Virus record (IMG/VR): IMGVR_UViG_3300042547_000432 | Length of the DNA stretch: 64,000 nucleotides | Reading direction: 5' to 3' (one strand) | Source: a virus | Made by a program: the position numbers and the translations under genes | The notes under the pieces: model-generated | The model's database searches: none | The model's input: only the letters and a program-made list of their open reading frames with translations | What the model was told of the DNA's origin: nothing | Shown: piece after piece, positions 28,601 through 33,876 of the stretch | How the letters are laid out: each line of letters starts with the position of its first letter | Position numbering within the stretch: position 1 is the stretch's first letter

Positions 28601-30867
28601 TTTGCCTTGATTAGATTACTTGCGTCTCTAAAACGACCAGTTTCTGCAGTAATATTTGGATTTACATAAGGAATATTCTGAAGATTTGGGTATTTCTCTA
28701 AAATATATCCAAATGCTTCAGATTGAATAAATGTCTTGTTAGCATCAATTAAATTGGCAGCATCTTGTCTGAGATTATACTCAGTAGTAAATCCAACACC
28801 CGTAGGATTTAAGGTTGATAGAGATGCTGTCCACTTCTTAAATCCAGAATGAATCAAATCTGCTGATTTAGCACCAGAAGCATCTAATTTTACAAAGATT
28901 TTTTCGTTTCTCTTAGCACCAAGTCTATAACCGTCAATAGAAGCTGCTGGGCGATCTTCTGGATTGCGAGCATCTTCTGCGCCCAAATAAAGTCTCGTTG
29001 AGTTTGGATTTAGCGAAGTGCCTCTTACTAGAGGTACATCAAATGTATAATATTGCTTTCTAATTGTCTTTAATGTAGACAGTGATTTTGGTGGGATAAT
29101 ATCCGTAACATATCCACCTTTATCTTGGTTGAAAGCAAATCCTTTGTAACCAATAGCATGGAGTGAGGTATTACCAAAGTTCGAGTTTGAGTTGGTGATA
29201 GACATATCACCACCAGACTCCATTAGGAAGTGATCAGCAAAACCTACAGCGAAGATCGAAACGCACTGAATGAAGGAGTCATCAGATGCCTTAACGTGGA
29301 AGTTTCTCCAATCGTCTTTCCAGTATGCGTCACCCTTGATGTGATAAGGAGTTGTAGCAAACGCATCAGTTAGAGGTGCCTGATTCCATGTGTTGCTGAA
29401 CTCATCGTAGCGAATAAACGCACGATCGTCTTTCTGTAGAGAAACACCAGTGTACTGAGCGATAACCATGGATTTGAAACCAGTGGCTTTCTTACCATCT
29501 GCCCAGATACCACAAATACCCCAAGTCGAACGAATCGAAACGTTGAAGACGTATGGTGATGCTGATTCTACGCTATCCACCTCCGCCTGTACGGTAGCAT
29601 TGGTGTCAAGAGCAGGGGATGAAGCAGCAGTGTAAGTTGTGCCACTAACAAGACCCAATCCAGTGGCGGTCGCTGGTACTCTATAAGTAAATACTTTGGG
29701 GTCTGTTGGACTGATGCTGAATACCTGAAATACTCCATTTAGAGTATCATTTAAACCATTATTAGTAATAGCAACATATTGACCAGGAAAAAATCCATGA
29801 TTAATTTTCGTGCGTACCGTTAATGTAGCAACACCAGCAGGAGAAGAATCATCAATTCTTACCTCATCAAGACGAATAGCATCCTGTAGAGGACCAACAA
29901 TTCTATTTTCTTGTACTCTAAAATCAAATTCTCTATTACGAATAACCATCAACGTCCATTTATTTGGATTTGTTGATGGAACTGAATTTGTTGAAGATGA
30001 GGAAGCTTGATATGCTTGACCATTATAAAGAACTTTATCCCCAGCAGTATAAGTAGTGGTGGAAGACCAATATTCTGTTACAGGAAGAGTTTGACCCTCT
30101 ACATATACATCATCAATAGGTGGTTGGAAATCGCTGAATACGTGAGAAATCTTTCTGTAAAGAAGACCAAGATCCTGTCTATCAGCAAAAACAAAGTTTG
30201 TAATCTTGTGGTGTGAAAACTCAGGAACGAGTTTAGTTACAGTGTCGTTTGGTTGAGTGTAAACTTTACCAATACCAGCAGTGGCATCGTAAAGAGGAGA
30301 ATTAGAAGAAAGATCTCCATCCTGAATAGTGAACTGCCAGAAATAACAACCACCAGTTACATTAAATAAGGCACAACGAGGAACATCTTTGTCCGCAGGA
30401 TCAGGAACATAAAGTGGACGTAGTTGAGTTCTACGCAAATCCATACCTACAAGAGATGTACCTCTAGGAATTGTAGCACCACCATCACGTCCATTAAATT
30501 TATAAAGAATGTTATTTGGATCGCTTAGATTAAAACTTACATTGCTGTTTGTTTCCCACTCGCCAAGTGCTTGATTATACTGAAAAACAGGTAGATCTGC
30601 TACGTTTTCTATGCCTGGGCGGTTGTCAATGTGGTGTACACCAGGAGACAACATGATCGTAAATTGATCGAAACGATCATTGTCAATTCCTGGGAGATAC
30701 GAGAATCTTGCTACTTCAAGAAAAGCTCTCTGAATGCTTACGAATGGTCTTGTTGGTGAATTTCCTCTGTTGTCTAACGCATCTGTAGCATTAAAGTCGT
30801 CAGGAGAAACATAAAGATACTTACCAGTCTTACTTGAAAGTAGATTATCTAATCTCGTTAATGGCAT
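19615..30867 (-). CDS. Giant 3750-aa cyanophage virion/tail protein
   Basis: N-terminus MPLTRLDNL..LYVSPDDFNATD..GNSPTRPFVSIQRAFLEVARFSY is typical of cyanomyophage giant structural proteins; internal repeats; late promoter upstream. Confidence 0.85.
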   Translation of the reverse strand: MPLTRLDNLLSSKTGKYLYVSPDDFNATDALDNRGNSPTRPFVSIQRAFLEVARFSYLPGIDNDRFDQFTIMLSPGVHHIDNRPGIENVADLPVFQYNQALGEWETNSNVSFNLSDPNNILYKFNGRDGGATIPRGTSLVGMDLRRTQLRPLYVPDPADKDVPRCALFNVTGGCYFWQFTIQDGDLSSNSPLYDATAGIGKVYTQPNDTVTKLVPEFSHHKITNFVFADRQDLGLLYRKISHVFSDFQPPIDDVYVEGQTLPVTEYWSSTTTYTAGDKVLYNGQAYQASSSSTNSVPSTNPNKWTLMVIRNREFDFRVQENRIVGPLQDAIRLDEVRIDDSSPAGVATLTVRTKINHGFFPGQYVAITNNGLNDTLNGVFQVFSISPTDPKVFTYRVPATATGLGLVSGTTYTAASSPALDTNATVQAEVDSVESASPYVFNVSIRSTWGICGIWADGKKATGFKSMVIAQYTGVSLQKDDRAFIRYDEFSNTWNQAPLTDAFATTPYHIKGDAYWKDDWRNFHVKASDDSFIQCVSIFAVGFADHFLMESGGDMSITNSNSNFGNTSLHAIGYKGFAFNQDKGGYVTDIIPPKSLSTLKTIRKQYYTFDVPLVRGTSLNPNSTRLYLGAEDARNPEDRPAASIDGYRLGAKRNEKIFVKLDASGAKSADLIHSGFKKWTASLSTLNPTGVGFTTEYNLRQDAANLIDANKTFIQSEAFGYILEKYPNLQNIPYVNPNITAETGRFRDASNLIKANRQEIIDYAFSQMQTAFPAFTVPGGGNANEKCKRDIGYIVDAIANDLYTGGNSNMIDATRAYFNSSGQPLTNGLAGEETQSVFAFNRAKDWSKKAISNLLTNTSLLNTPTLSASGTTITVTTLTPHNLQPNQFVTVGGATQTAFNGKFQVLSAGLTSTQFRYTVPTAPGVTNATGAIYVSTITIDPVNDDANVGRFKDGSKLITANRQEIIDRAAAEIAVQFPDFYYPGDPQTTSISRYKDAYRLIQQNKQEIVDGAYAEIAIQYPSFTNPDPDKCKRDIEFFIDAVSLDISQGAGNVYTRKFLQQYFTNATTLLPNGLAGEIDQSNVAFVKARNLMKDALTNQLTIKDATITSGPANYSGTGGNIPNTSPNSCADVRLAIDSLTFIVTSNLSAGNITNLAPEQVSTVIPAGETKCKRDIGYIVDSIAQDLFWGGNEFTVGAVREYFTQAGTPISNGLVGESAESVVAFNKARDWCKRALTNQLYTKNLALSTGPATAGGSGGNVSYNASGNGATCTDVQSAVDSLFSIVTSVVNAGSISGLPAVDNGDWDCANVRQTIDTLTNIITSTILAGNLNNLPVRNPGPWSQVSESSKCKRDIGYIVEAITSDLRLGGNVNTINAAEAYYTGNQLDYIENEKLETLDAYRYVRDLAISSMRNHNTYLPNASTTFGSPIVTVNSTVGLVVGMRVRSVNAIPTSSSSTIAYTTTIPSTAYIKKIGDGVNGLASNQIQLGTQGSKLDFGSTVNATATATNVNLYVEFTRGVWTNTLTPSTDSSVIQDYNYLTAGDPATGAPGGECASTASTIVNFYQILSTILNSGIGTVPRVASSINTGALAQRATLFTLTESDSNGLPTSNPHQLETGTPVRLVPRARSGINVDKRLIRLPKGFDTNTVYYVIAPGRITDPFNYSTIGSFNGSNQQNLLLATSEENAAAGIYIYSSETDGIDANVEIDVYQYVLDINYDLHQYQTKIASGSSTILETDRPHAFDRPSTNVEPQLVFFRVGSDITGSSLPTLSSQFGGTTISGKNLYFVRYVNARRFTIHETFANARDNIAPISFQPGSTAVFYTFSNKRRSPLRYDPKIGAAATDGCWYLETLSAGNTIIPRMKQSDYAGRLRTTDSYFERIEDNRTKEDRVYRLRYVIPKNLKTVRDPIRGFVFKIRTDEKRRLLPQRILLKPTSTGADTATLLAPVSGERLGLTTAEQLVLNPNFVSTYDPSAFGNPKRLETTSKVAFTVQSARKVSVNNKNYLQLTAFDIGIDAEAYKTKLFTTVKITSPEGGNGVFVSSIPNSNSTNLISWSGNCSGSGYVHGYFAYENNYYMILKDLTGNSVLDYSSTTPTIFTQGSVTASLISEPNDGRSDITKYPYVVEGANVYTLTPGDRINDDNGVSYTIASVEDVSDMENTFYIFDINTIRRRIPGQQDGVYYLTCVRGNISPYPTGSGVGENFRNFKFSQPISKLYPEFYKNDPEWYKGVDLTTTTLSDPPPTVSTADNYIHGLVTVNDAKNSLTKEMVLDFVQDPGTGGYTFNGTSTIQAQSGTASAGSEGRRIPINGTSQYPTEGKLYVELRRPSIARSGNHTFEYLGFGPGNYSTGFPARQEIILTDVQDFYAQAKKQDAGIVFYTGLNSNGDLYIGNRKINAITGEETFLESAKLVESSDEADVIGGLVTTFDTAVTFNEIITVNGSEGRAESFFNAPIVINNTTAFGSVENFPSLKIVTGEGTVVGYDPYLEVNIAQQKTGDIILHQGRLQTTVVDLNPRGLQDYQIMTALSNRTPDLANTFGLTTNGPSQLQNTDFGTKFPLASGLIQLKGNQTLFTGSLGWIYANDYIRIENRSGGGFNAQIIGIQGAASGTIVRLTWNVGITNAALQISSSSQIRITGATGALAPLNGVWPVYSTVGIPFVPTNNFVNIIVNANLPLYTAIPLPNNGYPVDAVAQPNIVIEKSKAAFKEFGVLGSEAIRTETETIGDYKLGINTVARSAHSAYETAFVSAETTPRANLDVVGTAFISGKKILSYLTETGTTKTQTNRDDALVVGGDSANPLTAAATLRISTNNNGRVGINVNNADLDRTLVVAGNGRITGDFRFQSDIEVNGGDITTTNAVFNIANEANALTFSAGANATTANLFNTTTSSQTVNIGTGVAATGTFNVHNNSYNSIVNIGVVPQITNPATPNAFPSSIITFGGAINNPSQSIFRVRNYQTVLDGTLEIKGTQLLATTPSTEFTLFPSNLTTLKIGPTAGIVEIGGSAGISYIKNGLRVSNKTIFESDIEQNGGFRNASVGATRNTLGTIKISQVSRTGNTATITTTAVHGLTTGMPVRIVCSNSQFTTIGTVNVTVVNTTRFTYTTTGSGTISSTSATGTVIRTGFGKFHNQGQLSGFNGATSSNLNVDYYEYVEDIASSQSITAVLSVTDPSPATKLVINNNYLVSGNSVVFTNTGNFTNVNTTTTYYVVNADLNGVVLSTTSGGSGIVINLASGSTSPGNATLRLKDTLIDTGGASEISSTLTTLPINNPSGINEIGTYFLINTEIVRTTNLPSSVYPYTVEVLRGQDGTAAVAHPDGSKVVKLNKSENATYIFPSSITDVQPSINLAEFSGTFKINDLLRIDKNTADEEFVTISSINPDESQTFEINNGGIGAGKVLTFKVTTTTGDTFARGDVTIGTDTSTSSLNGVDIISGGGNLKVHNSIELSGNTSTTIPAKQYFVITNGSAPRLYVESATGNTRLYNGANLQVFKDSFFSSGVFDKNRLDIASDIAFEVLGASGNTRLSGTLTTGDDVIIKSGLSGTNTITLDAQLGTTVIGKPLSSAATGATLTLNATYSTSAPAITSVFAVENLGINNDKPFRIRLDGSIQAFGRENFYTKNGGRRTISIDAQSGNLNATNQRLQPNTQYLVRPTSELILYLPVASDCVTGDVVRFIDIQGSLNYNVSLKIRSEGGTNIQKTQGGTGGWSGGELIVNTPNAGFGLMFVGDTDSSGVNTIPSDNRGWWIVEV

Positions 30868-30905
30868 TACTCAGTTACCCGTAACTATGGTTATTTCTTC
30901 TGAGT

Positions 30906-30913
30906 TATTTATA
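30906..30913 (-). promoter_or_regulatory. T4 late promoter TATAAATA for the tail module
   Basis: Exact consensus 39 nt upstream of the 30867 start. Confidence 0.8.
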
Positions 30914-30914
30914 C

Positions 30915-30940
30915 AAAAAAACCCAAGGCGAACCTTAGGT
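30915..30940 (-). terminator. Rho-independent terminator of the tRNA/cpcT unit
   Basis: ACCTAAGG-TTCG-CCTTGGGT followed by a T run on the minus strand. Confidence 0.8.
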
Positions 30941-30965
30941 GTGATTTGACTTCCTTCACACGGAG

Positions 30966-31039
30966 AGCCCCAAGTCGGACTTGAACCAACGACCTACGGT
31001 TTACAAAACCGTTGCTCTATCCAGCTGAGCTATTAGGGC
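30966..31039 (-). tRNA. tRNA-Thr(UGU), no encoded CCA
   Basis: GCCCTAA/TTGGGGC acceptor; ACGGT-TT-TGT-AA-ACCGT anticodon arm; GTTCAA T loop. Confidence 0.92.
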
Positions 31040-31502
31040 ATTTGACGAACTGGAAATTCCCATTAAAGGAACCCCAAACATGTTCGTCGGTATTTATATC
31101 GTATCCCTTGTCAATTACGTGATAGTAACCGTTTCCGAGAATACTTTGTGTTTGTAGATAGGTTTCTTTTCCCGACCAGGAGACAAGACATTCTTTACAG
31201 AGATTTTTGCCGTGAAATTCATCACCTATCAACTCAAATAGTATATCACATCCAGAGAGATATGTCAAGTCGTTTTCTTCTTTGTAATTTTTCACAAGAA
31301 GTGTTGACTCTTGAGGAATGACCTCAATAACTGATTTACGATACGCTCGTTTATCAACATAATATTGTTGAGTACAGCGAAACTGGTTTTTACCAATTTT
31401 TTCGTGAATCATCTCAATCATAGCAAACTTTGTAGGATGAGACATTGCTTGCATACAATTATTAAAATTACCCTCAAAGTATTCACAAAATTTGTCAATC
31501 AT
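31017..31502 (-). CDS. cpcT: CpcT/CpeT-family phycobiliprotein lyase
   Basis: FEGNFNN..QA...P.KFA, GCDILF, IDKGYD..VWGS..G.F.F pattern. Confidence 0.8.
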   Translation of the reverse strand: MIDKFCEYFEGNFNNCMQAMSHPTKFAMIEMIHEKIGKNQFRCTQQYYVDKRAYRKSVIEVIPQESTLLVKNYKEENDLTYLSGCDILFELIGDEFHGKNLCKECLVSWSGKETYLQTQSILGNGYYHVIDKGYDINTDEHVWGSFNGNFQFVKCPNSSAG

Positions 31503-31761
31503 CTTTAGGCAATAATTCTGGATTTTCTACTTCTATGTCAAACATCAATGGATGCATTTCTTCCATTATTAAATAATTGGAATAAACATACAAATCTTCA
31601 TCATCATAATCACGATGAGAAAGAGCTTCTGTTTGAACTGATGGATGGTCTTGTATAAGTTGAGGAAGTTCGTCAAACGTATAAGGAAGACCTTGAATGA
31701 AATACATACGAACAACCTCACCCATATAAAAACAATATGCTTGAGAAAGTGTGTATTTCAT
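31495..31761 (-). CDS. Hypothetical cyanophage protein, 88 aa (MKYTLSQAYCFYMGEVVRMYFIQGLPYTFDEL...)
   Basis: Trimmed from 31495..31920, whose 5' extension runs through tRNA-Leu. Confidence 0.75.
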   Translation of the reverse strand: MKYTLSQAYCFYMGEVVRMYFIQGLPYTFDELPQLIQDHPSVQTEALSHRDYDDEDLYVYSNYLIMEEMHPLMFDIEVENPELLPKDD

Positions 31762-31794
31762 TACTTTTCCCACTACACTGTATTTAGTGAGAAA

Positions 31795-31878
31795 TAGGGA
31801 CGGGGGGACTTGAACCCCCACGGGATTGCTCCCAACAGATTTTAAGTCTGGTGTGTCTACCACTTCCACCACATCCCC
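31795..31878 (-). tRNA. tRNA-Leu(UAA) with long variable arm, no CCA
   Basis: GGGGATG/CGTCCCT acceptor; CCAGA-CT-TAA-AA-TCTG anticodon arm; GGGAGCAATCCC variable arm; GTTCAA. Confidence 0.92.
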
Positions 31879-31891
31879 GTGGTATGACAGT

Positions 31892-31920
31892 ATTATAGCA
31901 GGTGCTCTAGGGACTGTCAA
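31892..31920 (-). promoter_or_regulatory. Perfect sigma70 consensus promoter TTGACA-N17-TATAAT with extended TG
   Basis: Lies between tRNA(CAU) and tRNA-Leu. Confidence 0.85.
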
Positions 31921-31921
31921 G

Positions 31922-31994
31922 TGCTGGTTGCGAGGATCGAACTCGCCTATATCCGATTATGAGTCGGGTGCTTTCACCAGATAGCTAAACCAGC
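31922..31994 (-). tRNA. tRNA with CAU anticodon (non-initiator; Ile2 or elongator Met)
   Basis: GCTGGTT/AACCAGC acceptor with paired 1:72; CCCGA-CT-CAT-AA-TCGGA arm; lacks the initiator GGG/CCC pairs. Confidence 0.88.
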
Positions 31995-31995
31995 A

Positions 31996-32184
31996 TTATC
32001 TGTAAATGAAATTGTCCGACTTAAGAAGTTTGGAACATTTATCCTTAAGTTCAACTAATTCATTGATCGTAGCACATTTAAACGTGATAATCGTTCCATC
32101 TTCACCTCGGATGACTACCTTCTTATTATAGAGGTCTACTGCGATCTTGTCGAGAGCTTGTTCAGAAGGATTTAAGAAACTCAT
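31996..32184 (-). CDS. Hypothetical protein, 62 aa
   Basis: ORF track; downstream of a promoter. Confidence 0.7.
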   Translation of the reverse strand: MSFLNPSEQALDKIAVDLYNKKVVIRGEDGTIITFKCATINELVELKDKCSKLLKSDNFIYR

Positions 32185-32214
32185 AAGACTCAGACCTCAA
32201 AGCGTCACATTGCT

Positions 32215-32243
32215 AGTTTACCCGTATTTAGGGATTCTGTCAA
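32215..32243 (-). promoter_or_regulatory. Sigma70 promoter TTGACA-N17-TAAACT with embedded CTAAATA late-like motif
   Basis: Read directly from the sequence. Confidence 0.7.
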
Positions 32244-32331
32244 GGGGGTGAGCTCGACTTTTTTGACCAAAAATTTGCCGAGATTTTTTTTACGACCTTT
32301 TGGTAATTAAAGGTCAATTTTGAAATCGCTA

Positions 32332-33864
32332 TTAATTTAAGAAAATTGCTGGAGCAACTAAATTAATCTTGGCGGCTGTAATACCTATAGTTAGTGCGGT
32401 AGGTGGCGTTCCTGGTGTATATGGTCCCGCTGTCATGTAAACTGCTCCTTTGCCAAACATGGCAAGATCAGAAGCATCAGACCCGACATACATTCCTGGT
32501 TTATTCATTTTAATTAGAGATGGTGCCAACGTTTTGTCTAGGATGGGTGTTACAATATCAGCTACAACACTCTTGGCATTTCCAGAAGCAAAGTTGCCCA
32601 CCTTTGTACTAAACACTATGTCGCCTTTGGTGATGTTGAATGTGACTCCACCATCAGCAGACAATCCATTTTCCACTAGCAACAATGGTTTAGTAATTTC
32701 TGGCGTTGAGGTTGTTGCTGGCGTAATATCTTTAAACTTATTGTTAATTGTATACGCCGCCTTCGCTGTTATCATTGGAGGAGTTGCTGATGCTGTTGCT
32801 ATAACAGCTGCTAAAGCAGGGTTTGTATTTAAAACTGTAGTTGCTTTCTTGCCGCCAATTGTTTCAAGCATGTCACGAGCGACATTAATATCCAAGTCAC
32901 CAGCAGAATTGATGTTCAACGATGAAGCAGCGTTGTCCATTTGAATGGTATATTCTCCATCCACTTTCATAAACTTAGCTGACTCTTGTGTAACCTTTGT
33001 TGATGCTGTATTATTATAAGAACCACATCGCATGTCAATCAATCCACCATATTCCTCTCCTGGCTTTGCTGAACCTGTTTTTTCTCCTGGTCCACCACCA
33101 GCGAGTAATTTGATGTCAGAACCTTTTAACTCTAATGATTTTGCTGCTGCTAAAGTCAGGTTGCCAGCAGATTTAACCGCAACATTTCCACTTCTAACTT
33201 CTATTGCTAAGTCTCCGTTTACAACCAACGAAAATGCTGTTCCCTTTACAGACGGATTCTCTGCTGCTAAGGCATCATTGTCATTGTTTACTTCAATAGC
33301 AAGATATTCGTTGATTTTAATTTGAGATGGTCCATCACTATGAATGGACATGTTGCCCGTGTTTGGGTCGTTTGATGGATTTTTAACTGATGATAAAAGC
33401 AAAGAACCATTTGGTTCTACACGTACTCCAGCTCCTTGTGCTGTTCTCACTTGCCAGAACGCACCACCAGTTAACTCATTATATCCTTCTTGCTTAATTA
33501 AATTACCACCTTGCGATGTTGTTGTTTCTAGTTTTGTTATGTCTGCTACTTTACTTGCTTGAACATCTGATTCTGGATTTAGTGAACCAGAACTTCCAAA
33601 TCCCTGTAGTTCTGGTGGAATCCATGCTCCAATATCTTGAAGCACTCCCATCACTTCAGAACCAAACTGGTCTATCTCATCTTGTATGTCTCCAAGAAAA
33701 CTATTGACACCAGAAGTAGCATCTGCTAAACTTGGAAGGTTTAAATTAGCATCTGGGGTGAAGTTTCTTAATCCAGTACCGCACTTCCCGCTTACAGTAG
33801 GTCTGGGAAGACTACGTGCTCCTGTTCTTAAATCGTTCTGTAATTCTAACCAGTTCTTTGGCAT
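32332..33864 (-). CDS. gp5-like spike, C-terminal (needle) half
   Basis: QVRTAQGAGVRVEPNGSLLLSS and I.VNGDLAIEV.GN beta-helix-like segments; ends INLVAPAIFLN; follows the gp5 OB gene. Confidence 0.65.
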   Translation of the reverse strand: MPKNWLELQNDLRTGARSLPRPTVSGKCGTGLRNFTPDANLNLPSLADATSGVNSFLGDIQDEIDQFGSEVMGVLQDIGAWIPPELQGFGSSGSLNPESDVQASKVADITKLETTTSQGGNLIKQEGYNELTGGAFWQVRTAQGAGVRVEPNGSLLLSSVKNPSNDPNTGNMSIHSDGPSQIKINEYLAIEVNNDNDALAAENPSVKGTAFSLVVNGDLAIEVRSGNVAVKSAGNLTLAAAKSLELKGSDIKLLAGGGPGEKTGSAKPGEEYGGLIDMRCGSYNNTASTKVTQESAKFMKVDGEYTIQMDNAASSLNINSAGDLDINVARDMLETIGGKKATTVLNTNPALAAVIATASATPPMITAKAAYTINNKFKDITPATTSTPEITKPLLLVENGLSADGGVTFNITKGDIVFSTKVGNFASGNAKSVVADIVTPILDKTLAPSLIKMNKPGMYVGSDASDLAMFGKGAVYMTAGPYTPGTPPTALTIGITAAKINLVAPAIFLN

Positions 33865-33876
33865 TTACTTCACCTC

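Noticed and set aside
31762-31920. N-terminal extension of ORF 31495..31920
   Set aside because: It runs through tRNA-Leu and a promoter; the real start is probably 31761.
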